DNA of 64,000 nucleotides from Tubiluchus corallicola (lineage: Eukaryota; Animalia; Priapulida): positions 1-64,000 of the forward strand of contig JAQGDQ010000692.1 of assembly GCA_030141605.1 (NCBI GenBank). Direction: 5' to 3'. Position 1 is the first letter of the stretch; every line of letters starts with the position of its first letter. The position numbers were made by a program, and so were the translations under genes. Below the pieces are notes generated by a model. The model saw only the letters and a list, made by a program, of their open reading frames with translations, was not told the origin of the DNA and ran no database searches. Positions 27,116 through 39,955 of this stretch are shown here, one piece after another.

Positions 27116-28579
27116 ATGGAGAAGATTTTTGTTCTCTTTTGCTTATTCTTTGCCAGCGCGTTAAGTAGCGACGTACTGGAATTTGGTGACTCCGATTTTA
27201 GTGACAAAATAGGAGATCATGAAATAATTTTAGTGGAATTTTTTGCTCCTTGGTGTGGTCACTGCAAGAAGTTGGCTCCAGAGTATGAAAAAGCAGCAAA
27301 AACCCTTGTAAATAATGATCCACCTGTGCCTTTAGCTAAAGTTGACTGTATCGCTAATCCTGACACTTGCAAAAAGTTTGGTGTAAGCGGCTATCCAACT
27401 TTGAAGATTTTCAGAGATGGGGAATTTTCTGCAGAATACCAAGGTCCGAGGGAAGCTGACGGTATAGTAAAATACATGAAGAGCCAAGTTGGTACAGCAA
27501 CAAAAGAACTGAAGACCACGGAAGATTTTAACAAATTCATCGATGATTTTGATGCTAGTATCGTAGGATTTTTCGACTCTGAAAGTTCAAAAATGTTCAC
27601 TACTTTTAAAAAAGTTTCGGAAGCGATGCGGGAAGACTACCGTTTTGCCCATACATTCTCATCTGACGTCGCCAAAGATGCCGGGGATTATTCAGAAAAC
27701 ATTGTATTATATCGACCAAAAAGGCTTGCAAACAAATTTGAAGATGACAAAGTTAAGTATACAGATGATGATACAGTTTATAAAATAAAGCAATTTATTA
27801 AGAATAACATACATGGCCTCGTTGGACATAGGACGGTCAGTAATCAAAAGGAGTTTTCGGCACCAATTCTCACTGCCTTTTACGAAGTAGACTATGTAAA
27901 AAATTTGAAAGGCTCAAATTACTGGAGGAACAGAGTAATGAAAGTTGCAAGCCAATATACAGACAAGGATTTGAATTTTGCTGTCTGCAGTAATGCTGAA
28001 TTTGTTGAAGAACTACACGAATTTGGACTGAAATTTATTGAAAAGCCAGTAGTGGCCATCAGAAATGCGGATGGCGAAAAATTCGCAATGAAAGAAGAAT
28101 TTAGCTTGCAAAATCTGCAGTCGTTTGTGAAGCAGTACTTTGATGGCAAATTACAGCCGTACCTGAAGTCAGAAGATGTTCCAACAAGTCAAGATCAGCC
28201 TGTCAAGGTCGTCGTAGCAAAGAATTTTGAAGAAATTGTGAATGATGAGAGTAAAGATGTTTTAGTCGAGTTCTACGCCCCTTGGTGTGGTCACTGTAAA
28301 AACCTTGCTCCAAAATATGATGAATTAGCTGAGAAACTAAAGGACGAAACAGACGTGGTTATCGCCAAAATGGATGCAACTGCAAACGATGTGCCTTCTA
28401 CCTATAAAGTATCCGGCTTTCCGACGTTGTACTGGGCCCCAAAAGATGGCAAGAAAAACCCTACAAAATACGACTCCGGTAGAGAAGTGGACGATTTTAT
28501 TCAATTTATTGCCAAGCACAGCACAGACGAATTGAAGGGTTGGGATAGAAAGGGAAAGACAAAGAAGACAGAGTTATAG
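27116..28579 (+). CDS. PDIA3: Protein disulfide-isomerase A3 (ERp57/ERp60), uninterrupted ORF, 487 aa
   Basis: Signal peptide then SDVLE; two WCGHCK active sites; SNYWRNRV and YLKSE motifs typical of ERp57; basic tail ending KKTEL. Confidence 0.96.
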   Translation: MEKIFVLFCLFFASALSSDVLEFGDSDFSDKIGDHEIILVEFFAPWCGHCKKLAPEYEKAAKTLVNNDPPVPLAKVDCIANPDTCKKFGVSGYPTLKIFRDGEFSAEYQGPREADGIVKYMKSQVGTATKELKTTEDFNKFIDDFDASIVGFFDSESSKMFTTFKKVSEAMREDYRFAHTFSSDVAKDAGDYSENIVLYRPKRLANKFEDDKVKYTDDDTVYKIKQFIKNNIHGLVGHRTVSNQKEFSAPILTAFYEVDYVKNLKGSNYWRNRVMKVASQYTDKDLNFAVCSNAEFVEELHEFGLKFIEKPVVAIRNADGEKFAMKEEFSLQNLQSFVKQYFDGKLQPYLKSEDVPTSQDQPVKVVVAKNFEEIVNDESKDVLVEFYAPWCGHCKNLAPKYDELAEKLKDETDVVIAKMDATANDVPSTYKVSGFPTLYWAPKDGKKNPTKYDSGREVDDFIQFIAKHSTDELKGWDRKGKTKKTEL

Positions 28580-28917
28580 GTTAGCTGTTGATAATAAACC
28601 ACAATAAAATGTCACATAGCAAAAATTGATTTGTATTAAGAGGAAGCCATGCATTCCATACTGTTACGCTAAGTACTAAAATTTTGCATATAATTTATAA
28701 AAGACCCTTACTTACCTGGTGAAATTTTCTTCAATGAATATCAGAATATGTTGTTGTTGGCAATACGTTTTTATGGCAGCGAGATTTTCGGTACTGCAAT
28801 GTTGTTCTAGACGTGATATATGTACATACACGTATAAGTCTATTAGTAGAATGTTGCTGTAACTAATCTGCCTGGACAATTTCCGTAATTTATGTTTAAA
28901 TTTAGTATTGTGTTACG

Positions 28918-29881
28918 TAGTGATGGGCGATTTTGAAATTGTGTAATTTGATTATAATCTTGTTCTTGCAATTCGATTCGATGCCACAATTAATCTTTTG
29001 TAGTAATTGTTTAGTGTTTTAGCCATATTTTCAAACATTGCAGCACTGAAATATAGCTTATAACAGGGGTGTGCAAATTATCTGACTAGCTACATTAAAC
29101 TTTCCCGCAATTCCTGCAGGCCACGGGCAGTTTGATCAAGGAGCAAAGTACAGAAAGGCCTAATAATGAGTTTTTTGCATACGACCTGCGTACATCATTA
29201 CTACTACACTCAAGAAACTATTTTAGAAGTTATTAAAATTTATATTACAAACCATATATTTCTACTTTCAGGACAGATAGTGGTAATTTCATTACAATGC
29301 ATATTAGTAATGTGTATCACACAGTCTGTGTAGTACAGTGACATTAAGCTCTTGTAAGGGTTAATCGCATCCGATCTAGTAGAAAAAACTACCCGCACTA
29401 TCTTTGGGATGGTGGCACAGACTTCAGCTGGATACACTCAATTAATTGCCCGGGCCGCACTTTCATTAGGTTGACAAATCTCCTCGCGGGCCGCACAAAT
29501 TCTCTCGGCGGGCCGCAATTTGCACACCCCCGGCTTATAAACTTCTTCATGGCTTTCGTCGCTGTCTGCCATTTTTTGTACCTGCAAACTATCTTTACAG
29601 AGCACATACATTCATTAACTACTCTATCACTATGTCAACTACACATACAACCACACATCACTACATCTCAACCACGTGAAAGCGAATAAGAAGCCCCAGT
29701 TTGCAACACTGTTGTTTGCAATTGTGTGCATCGTGTAAGGTGAGAAAAACGAAGAAAAAATGTAAGGGTTTTGTCAGTATGCACATATTTTCTCATTTAA
29801 CTGAATTACTGTTTAATGGCCGATTATATTTGAGTTATACATGGTTGTAATCTCGATTAATTGATTAATCGCCCATCTCTA
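28918..29881. mobile_element. hAT-like TIR element hosting a nested family A MITE
   Basis: Ends TAGTGATGGGCGATT / AATCGCCCATCTCTA. Confidence 0.75.
29064..29532 (+). mobile_element. hAT-type MITE family A, copy 2
   Basis: CAGGGGTGTGCAAATT...AATTTGCACACCCCCG, 8-bp TSD GCTTATAA. Confidence 0.92.
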
Positions 29882-30831
29882 TTGCTGGCAATACGTTTTT
29901 ATGACAGTGAGATTTTTGGTACTGCAATGTTGTTCTAGACGTGATATATGTACATACACGTATAAGTCTATTAGTAGAATGTTGCTGTAACTAATCTGCC
30001 TGGACAATTTCCGTAATTTATGTTTGAATTTATTATTGTGTTATGTAGCAAAATGTATGAAATATTAGCCTATTACATTTCCATTTCCAGAACTTGCGTT
30101 AATATGAACAGTTTTACAAACTTTGGCATGCCAGCGTACAAGTATGCGTGAAATCTGCATCATTGAAGAAGCAAAAAAAATCTACAGAGATCTCGGTCTT
30201 TTGCTTATGCAGAATTATGAACGTTAGCTCATAAAGATTGGCAATTTGTCTTTTTAATGTTGTCTACAGCGTGCTGTCATTACATCGTACACTTAATTGA
30301 CTTTGCATATTTTACCGGTTGAGTTTGTTTATGTAAAAAAAATAAGATGGGACATAAACTAGGCCTAGAATCGTAAGTTGGTTTTTCAATCTAGTGCGAA
30401 GTTCTCGTTTTGCTGGCCTACACACATGCAAGAAATTTAGACATAATAAGACAACACAGGCTTTATTTGTTATATTCTATTTACTTTAATTCTTGTTTTT
30501 CTTTGAAAATGGTGTTGTAATGTTATATCAGCAGTAATAGCAAGGGGATGATTATGGTTTCTTTATACTAGTTTTACTACTTGATAGTCGTGGATAACTT
30601 ACTGCAGAAAGGTGCAATAAATTTAACATATTTTCAAATGATTTTTTTTACCTAAGTATGTGTAGACTTAACTCAACATAACTCATGTTATTTACCTTCT
30701 GAAGCTACTTAATTTTTCGCTTTTCTGTACGAACAAAATGTGGAACAACGGAGGAAAAATTTTACTAGAAATGTTTGTCGTTATTGTTTTATTTTTAAAC
30801 ATCATAGACTTTAAATACGATGGTGAAAGCA

Positions 30832-31377
30832 CTTAAAGAAAGACTGGATGACTGGACTTTCACCCACCCCATTTTCAAATACGGTAAAAGTATAAATTTT
30901 AACATCAGTAATACCAAAAAAGCATTTCTGATAATTAAATAATAGATTAAAATAAGCTCAACTATTGATGACATCACAAACGAACATAATTTTCAGCAGG
31001 AAAAACATTCCATAAAGCAAAAGAGAAGATCGAAGTACAATGTTACGTGACTGTAACATATCCAGTGTGTTGTACTAAAACTAGGCAAACTAAGATGAAA
31101 TTTCAAATTTGCTGTGCTCATGCAATACCTTACAAACGAACACTTCTTAACCGAGAGGTACAACACCTGCTTTTTGTGCAACTTGTTTCCGAAATGCAGG
31201 CCCATGTAACTAGTGAATGTTGAAATGCATGTAACAGCAAAGAACTAGTGGCACGAATGTGACATTGTGTTTGTGTGGTAATAGTTCTTTCATGTAAGTC
31301 ATTCTGTTTCCTTTCAATACTTTAAATGGCCGACTGTTGTGACCTACAGTTTAAGATTGGGTCCGGTTTTATTTTAA
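30832..31377 (-). mobile_element. Dispersed repeat family F (TTAA-flanked, Kolobok-like), reverse copy
   Basis: CAGTTTAAGATTGGGTCCGGTTTT is the reverse complement of the 49275-49300 end; shared interior. Confidence 0.65.
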
Positions 31378-31587
31378 CATTTGGTCATTTGGAGTTTATG
31401 TCACCATCACGAATGAGTGTAATTGCATACACGTGAATAGTACTCCAGGCTGTTTCCAGTTGCAGTAACATCCAACGAAGCACCAATCAATTGAAGAACA
31501 GGCATCTGTACATTGGGTGTGGTCAATGAACTACATTTGATAAAATAAGGTTACCTGAACTGTTTATACATACAGAGAAGCCCATTA

Positions 31588-32215
31588 TTACTGAGATCTC
31601 ACTTGAATTAACAGAAAATCAGAGCTGAACTGATTCGTCTTAAGCAGTTTTGAATGAGATCTCACTTGAATTAACAGAAAATCAGAGCTAAACTGATTCA
31701 TCTTAAGCAGTTTTGACTGAGATCTCACTTGAATTAACAGAAAATCAGAGCTAAACTGATTCGTCTTAAGCAGTTTTGAATGAGATCTCACTTGAATTAA
31801 CAGAAAATCAGAGTTGAACTGATTCGTCTTAAGCAGTTCTGACTGGGATCTCACTTGAATTAACAGAAAATCAGAGTTAAACTGATTCGTCTTAATCAGT
31901 TCTGACTGAGATCTCACTTGACTTAACAGAAAATCAGAGCTGAACTGATTCATCTTAAGCAGTTCTTACTGAGATCTCACTTGAATTAACAGAAAATCAG
32001 AGTTTAACTGATTCATCTTAAGCAGTTTTGACTGAGATCTCACTTGAATTTACAGAAAATCAGAGCTGAACTGATTCGTCTTAAGCAGTTCTGACTGAGA
32101 TCTCACTTGAATTAACAGAAAATCAGAGCTGAACTGATTCGTCTTAATCAGTTCTGACTGAGATCTCACTTGAATTAACAGAAAATCAGAATTAAACAGA
32201 TTCGTTTTGAACAGT
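31588..32215. repeat. Minisatellite, 63-bp unit x~10
   Basis: ACTGAGATCTCACTTGAATTAACAGAAAATCAGAGCTGAACTGATTCGTCTTAAGCAGTT repeated. Confidence 0.96.
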
Positions 32216-32526
32216 TTTTAACTACAATGTACATGCAGATAACTTCGACTAACATCCTAGAAAATCCAAATAATTAGAAACGCTTGATGGCTGACTTATG
32301 GACGATTTTGTTATGCGAGCACACACATGAAGTTTCATAGGATTGAATACTTTTGTCTATTTTACAAATGCGTGCCTTGTTGTTTGCTTCATCAAATGCT
32401 CTTCACACCTGCTATATCTTTTCTGGATGATCTTTTACTGCAAGCGATTTTTGGCAATTTCACACCAATGTTCGCAAAAACTGAATAACAGAAAAGCATA
32501 GTAAACTCAGCTTGGACAACAACACG

Positions 32527-35500
32527 TCATGAATTAACAGAACTGATGACTGTCCTCACATCTTTCCACAAAGTGAAATTTTCCTTTGAGCAAAGACGAT
32601 CTAATGTTTCTTTGGTTTCTCCAGAAATGGAAGTGGCTTCGTTGACAGTAAGTGATTCAACATGTTTACACAACATCTTGAACGTACAAGCATCACTAAA
32701 TGTTGCCTTGTCCAGTTGCTTAAGCCTAACCAAAAAAAAGAAGGAATATCAATAAGCCTTTCCACAGTTCCAGGGATTGCTGATGATCATGAAAAGGTCA
32801 AAGGTTAAGTGTACCAGACAACGCCTTTGTGTACACTTGACAACACCTCGCAGCCCAAGCTGTTGTAACAGTAACAGTTTTAGCAGCCAGCTAGAACCTT
32901 AACCTAGTTCATTGTTTCTTGTTCAAAAGCAAGATCCTGCTAGTAAATCACTTTATACACAGACTAAAGCATAATTAAGTAAAGTCCACATAAAACAACT
33001 GAGGTTATTGAACTGATGAGGGACACAGCTTTGCTTTATCCACATGACACATGACGGTTGTAGTTAAGACGCATTGCTGTGGTACACTTAACCTTTGATC
33101 TATAGCAACTGCACGTGCGCACAACGAAACTGTGAAAAAACAACTTCAGATTTACACATCAATCAAAAGTTAGCGAAGCATTATAGTTTTGAGTTTAGTA
33201 ATTTACAGAAAAATATAATTATTGTTACTAAAATTTTGTTGAAAACTGAAAATACCGAGTCTCTCGTTTGTAGAGTTTTCATTTTTTTAACTGTATGTTA
33301 TTGTCACAGTGTTTGAGCAGGTAAATATTATCAGCTATAGTAACTATGCAAAATTTGAGTGCACCAATTAAGGCTCATCCACTAGCAACTTGCTATAGCA
33401 AATTACAATCAATATGATGGATGGTGCTGCCATCTACTGTCAGAATGACTAGTTACATAACGAATGCAGAACAACAGGCTCATCCACTAGCAACCTGCTA
33501 TAACAAATTACAATCAATATGATGTATGGTGCTGCCATCTACTATCAGAATGACTAGTTACATAACGAATGCAGAACAACAAGTGTAAAAGGCCCACGAA
33601 AGTAAAAATCATGCAATCCATTTGTTTCCAAAGTGATTTATGAAAAATTCTACAAGCAGTTAGTCTTACAGACACTCCCAAAAACAGACGACCATATAAC
33701 TCAATTGGAAAGAAGTCAAAAGTTTTTATAGTTTCATCATGAATTGTGTGCATGCTCTGCAAATGTCCATAAGTCGGCAATTAAGCTTTTCTAGTTATTC
33801 GCATATCCTGAATCTCCATTTCATGAGGGTCATTTTGATACCAAGCTCATCACTCTATGTTATTTCTAAGCTGAGATAATCAATGTTGAAGTTGAGGTGC
33901 ACGCTACGTAAGGGCATTGAAAAACATAATCTCCAGAAAATCGCTGCAAAAGTTAGCCATTGTTTTTCGTCGCGTTCCTACAAAACACTTAGCAACCGTA
34001 AAAATGTTGGTTGCCACGGGCTTTGCAAGAACACGTGTTTAAATCCAGGAGATGGCTCTTCCTGACGAAGGTCTGGGCTTCGCAACAGAAAAAAATCCGA
34101 AGCAAAATGACTGCTTCTACGAGCTGCTATCAGAGTTTGAAATTAGGAGTTTCTTTACAATTGCAGTACCAGTTTCTAGTCAGAAAACTGGGGTACGGAG
34201 TTATAAAATTAGATTTTTGTATTTATTGAACATTTTCTTGATAATTTGATGCTACAATATAAAAGTTCAATAGCATTTGTTTTTATAAAAAAAACAACAA
34301 CAAAAAATTGACATTAGACCAAATTTTTTGTGCATTCTGCAATGTTAGAAAATTTTCTATTAAATACAATGGCCCTTACATATGGAATTCAATTGCTCCA
34401 GCTATTAAAAATGCCAACTCGCTTTCCATATTTAAAAAAAATATAAATTAAACTTACTTGAAACATATAACTGATGACTCAATCATGATTTGTTGTTTTT
34501 CATTTTCAAAAACTTGTATAGTATAATAATATTTTTATTACTTCCCACCCGTATTTACATTTGTATATATTGTAATATTGTATCTGTATATATTATAATT
34601 TTTTTCGTAACTAATTCTAGTGGCCTACCATACGCTAGCTTCTTAGGTCTCTAGCGCAATATTCATGAATTGTATCATATTTTTGTATTAACAAAACCTG
34701 ATTATCGTGCACATGTAATGTATATGTATATGTATATGTTTATTGCGAAATAAATCTATTAAAAAAAAGAAGCATCATGGCGTAATTTTAACTGTTCCGA
34801 CTTGTGGATGGTTCTGATTTGCAAACACACAATTATAGAAATAATCCGTAATTATGTACAACTTTCTTGTGCTGATGATTTGAAAACATCATTCTTGAAT
34901 TGAGTAAAGTTTTTTGAGAGTAAACCAATGTCCTCACCGCCACGTCATCTGAGGTGTGCTATAATCAGGGTACATACAATCAGCCATTTCCACTAAAGTT
35001 TTCATATACAAAACATAAAACTCGTGCCACTTAGAAGCCACCGTAGCCAAAGTCTCAAGCGGAACACACCAGAGCCATCTAGAGGAAAAAGGAAATATAA
35101 TTGTACACACATCTCACTTTTTATGGCAAGCAAAAATTTCTGTGCAATTATTAGATGAGTCACGTCATCAGCGATAGCATCAAGAATAGTAGGTAAAATT
35201 AGTGGGGGTGCTCCTTCAGAAAATATTTAGACCTCTTTTTCAATATTGTGTGAAACGAAACAAGACATATGTAATTTTAATGTTGCAAGTTGCAATTGTA
35301 GTTTTAAATGGTGGGAATTATGGAAGTTTATACATAAATTTGATAAAATCCTAAACAAAAAAATATTTTTTGCTTACTAATAGCCAGTTCAAGCTTGATC
35401 CATTCACGGTAAGCATGTGAGAACTGACAACAAACTGTGCAAAGGACAGTACTTTCTCTACCTGGGCTCAGACATGCCATGCGCACAACAGTCAAACACC

Positions 35501-38500
35501 GCATCGCTTTTAAAAGATAATCAGTAATGAGTAATCAGTAACGGATTACACTTACTAAAAGTAATCAGTATGAGTAATCAGTAACAGAGTAATGCTTACA
35601 ATTACTAAAAGTAATCAGTAACTGATTACACTTACTAGAAGTAATTGGTATGAGTAATCAGTAATGGATTACACTTACTAAAAGTAATCAGTATGAGTAA
35701 TCAGTAACGGAGTAACGGTTACCCTTACTAAAAGTAATCAGTAATGAGTAATCTGTAACTGATTACTCTTACTAAAAGTAATCAATAATGAGCAATCAGT
35801 GACGGATTACCCTTACTAAAAGTAATCAGTAATGAGTAATCAGTGACGGATTACTCTTACTAAAAGTAATCAGTAATGAGTAATCAGTAACAGAGTAACG
35901 GTTACCCATACTAAAAGTAATCAGTAACGGATTACACTTACTAAAGGTAATGAGTAATCAGTGACGGATTACACTTACTAAAAGCAATCAGTATGAGTAA
36001 TCAGTAACGGAGTAACGGTTACCCTTACTAAAAGTAATCAGTAACGGATTACACTTACTAAAAGTAATGAGTAATCAGTGACGGATTACACTTACTAAAA
36101 GCAATCAGTATGAGTAATCAGTAACGGAGTAACGGTTACCCTTACTAAAAGTAATCAGTAACGGATTACACTTACTAAAAGTAATGAGTAATCAGTGACG
36201 GATTACACTTACTAAAAGCAATCAGTATGAGTAATCAGTAACGGAGTAACGGTTACCCTTACTAAAAGTAATCAGTAACGGATTACACTTACTAAAAGTA
36301 ATGAGTAATCAGTAACGGATTACACTTACTAAAAGCAATCAGTATGAGTAATCAGTAACGGAGTAACGGTTACCCTTACTAAAAGTAATCAGCAATGAGT
36401 TATCACGACAAATTACTTTACAAAAGTAACGAACCCATCACTGTTAAAGAATAAAGCCTTTACCTGTAAGATTTTGAGCTGCAGTAATCCAGTAACCAAG
36501 TCTTGAGAAAAGTTTCTTTTGAAAGTTTAACATTATCAGTATCAGTGGTATCCATAATGAGATGCAAGACGTTAAAAATAACTTCCTGAAAAGAGTAGAT
36601 ATAAGAATAGTTTTAATAATTTAAGAACGAAAAATAAAATCAAAATGTTAAATGCAAAAATATTGCAAGATTGTATGAAAATGGACAATAGACTTCCTAG
36701 CATTTATTGAACTATGGTGCAATTTATGGCAACTAATCATTAAAGGACAAGAAAGCCATTTATTTACATGAAGCAAAAAAAAATTATTTGAAATTTCGCA
36801 TTACCTACAGATTGTCTTATTGCATACAGGGTTTGCAGTAGTAGAATTCTGTATAAAACTTTAAAATAAAAAAAACAACCATTAGGCACAGCCAATTTGA
36901 TGGCAAGTTGTTTGAAACAAGTTTAGATAAAATTGCGCGAAGTTTGAAAAAATAATCAGAGCTTCCGTAACGCACACGTTACTAACAACGTAAAAGTTTA
37001 AATTACTTTACGTTGTCAATAAGATTAATAATATGTTTTTGGTGAGTCGGTCACACACACTGGAAAGACGAGTCATTGACGTTTTACCAGTCGGTGCGAA
37101 CGTTTTAAATTACTAAGAATTTTCTTTTCTCTTATATAAGTCTTTCAAACGGATAAGTGTAAACCTAAGTAATATAACTTCGTATAGAAAACTTTTTGGA
37201 GTATGCTTCGGTACTCCCTTATCGTCCCTTTAGGAATGAAATATACTAGAAACAAGCATGTTAAAAATACAGAAATATCCTAAAATGTATGAAAACGGAT
37301 ATCAGAATTCTTACCATTTAGTGAACTAGGGTAATTTATGGCGTGCAATAATTAACAATCATAATCATCCACATTGTACAATAATTAACAATCATAATCA
37401 TCCACATTGTACAATAATTAACAATCATAATCATCCACATTGTACAATAATTAACAATCATAATCATCCACATTGTACAATAATTAACAATCATAATCAT
37501 CCACATTGTACAATAATTAACAATCATAATCATCCACATCAATAATTAACAATCATAATCATCCACATTGTACAATAATTAACAATCATGATCATCCACA
37601 TTGTACAATAATTAACAATCATAATCATCCACATTGTACAATAATTAACAATCATAATCATCCACATTGTACAATAATTAACAATCATAATCATCCACAT
37701 TGTACAATAATTAACAATCATAATCATCCACATTGTACAATAATTAACAATCATAATCATCAACATTGTACAATAATTAACAATCATAATCATCCACATT
37801 GTACAATAATTAACAATCATAATCATCAACATTGTACAATAATTAACAATCATAATCATCCACATTGTACAATAATTAACAATCATAATCATCCACATTG
37901 TACAAAAACAATCTCACAAAAATTGAGATATTGTCTTAAAAATGCTGTTAATGTAAGTAAAAGTTTCTTACTAGTCCCCGGGTTTCATTTGCAATGCGCT
38001 CAAGTTTATTCATCAAATATATACGCACCCTGAAAAAAGTATTTAATGAAAATAAGTATTACGGCATTGGCAACATAGTTTATGTAACCTACATTTCATA
38101 CTACGTTGAGATGCATTCATACTATCACTGCTTTCTCTTATAATACTAGATTTTTGCATGAAAATTGTTCATTGTAAATTTTTTAAGAAGTCTGCGAAGA
38201 CAAATCAATTACTATTATTATTGTTAATTCTTTATTAAATGTGGATAACAACAAAATAAACAAATTTAAAATTGTTTCCAAAGTGATACACAAAATAAAA
38301 TAAAGGCAAATAACATTACAGAAACTTTGTACACTGGAAGCTTTAAAACCACAAAAACACAAAATCCAAAGCTTTAGAAATTACACAGTTAAAAAAACAA
38401 TTATAAATACCGAGTCATAAAATCTGTTTTAGAAATTACACAGTTAAAAAAACAATTAAAAATACCGAGTCATAAAATCTGTTTTAGAAATTACACAGTT

Positions 38501-39878
38501 AAAAAAACAATTATAAATACCGAGTCATAAAATCTGTTTAAGAAATTACACAGTTTAAAAACAATTTAAAATACCGAGTCATAAAATCTGTTTTAGAAAT
38601 TACACAGTTTAAAAAAACAATTAAAAATACTGAGTCATAAAATCTGTTTTAGAAATGACACAGTTCAAAAAAACAATTAAAAATACCAAGTCATAAAATC
38701 TGTTTTAGAAATGACACAGTTAAAAAAACAATTAAAAATACCGAGTCATAAAATCTGTTTTAGAAATTACACAGTTTAAAAAAACAATTAAAAATACCGA
38801 GTCATAAAATCTGTTTTAGAAATTACACAGTTCAAAAAAACAATTAAAAATGCCGAGTCATAAAATCTGTTTTAGAAATTACACAGTTTAAAAAAATAAT
38901 TAAAAATATCGTGTCATAAAATCTGTTTAAGAGATTACACAGTTAAAAAAACAATTAAAAATACTGAGTCATAAAATCTGTTTAAGAAATTACACAGTTC
39001 AAAAAAACAATTAAAAATACCGAGTCATAAAATCTGTTTAAGAAATTACACAGTTTAAAAAAGCAATTTAAAATACCAAGTCATAAAATCTGTTTTAGAA
39101 ATCACACAATTTAAAAAACAATTAAAAATACCGAGTCATAAAATTTGTTTTAGAAATAACACAGTTTAAAAAAGCAATTAAAAATACAGAGCCATAAAAT
39201 CTGTTTAAGAAATGACACAGTTTAAAAAAACAATTAAAAATACTGAGTCATAAAAAGCACTCACTGGCAGGGACTACTTGCAGTGGAATGATATGTGGCA
39301 TGCCCAGACCGCCGTCCCGTTATCAAGGAAAACTGAACGGCACAGATAAACTATAATCAGATTTGCAGACAGAAATACCCATTCTAGGCAACCACCCAGC
39401 CATTTAGCAGGTTCGACACTACCTAGCTTTGTTTTTTCAGTGCATGCCATAACCACTCAGCTATTTAGCACATCTGAGCAAATTTTGCATATCATGTAAA
39501 ACAAAACACCCAATTAGCAACTGGTTTTAACTAAAAGTACGCACCTCTCGGTCGTGATGAACTCGAGCAAGTTCTCAATATGTTTGTCCAATAATCGAGC
39601 TTGAGCCTTCATTGCTGATGCCAGCATAGTCGCTTGCAACAATTCATTTCCCGATTCACTGAGCTGGTCGAGTACTTTATGAAGATCACTTGTTGGCTGG
39701 TTGGCAGTCTGGATTAATTCCTACAGTAGAAAACCACATAGACCAAATTACCTGTACTTCCCTTTCATTTAAACTTCTGCTCCCTGTTTGCTTTATGCGA
39801 ACATACTGCCTCCTCTCTCTCTCTCTCTCTCTCTCTCCCTCTCACTTGCTTTCTCTCTCTCTCTCCTTCACTCTCTCT

Positions 39879-39955
<77 letters not shown>

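Noticed and set aside
31588-37898. Repetitive ORFs at 31588-31953 and 37336-37898
   Set aside because: Translations of 63-bp and 33-bp minisatellites with no splice or homology support.
39274-39456. 60-aa minus-strand ORF as a FANCF exon
   Set aside because: No phase-compatible acceptor/donor pair; exon 39545 joins 38029 in frame without it.
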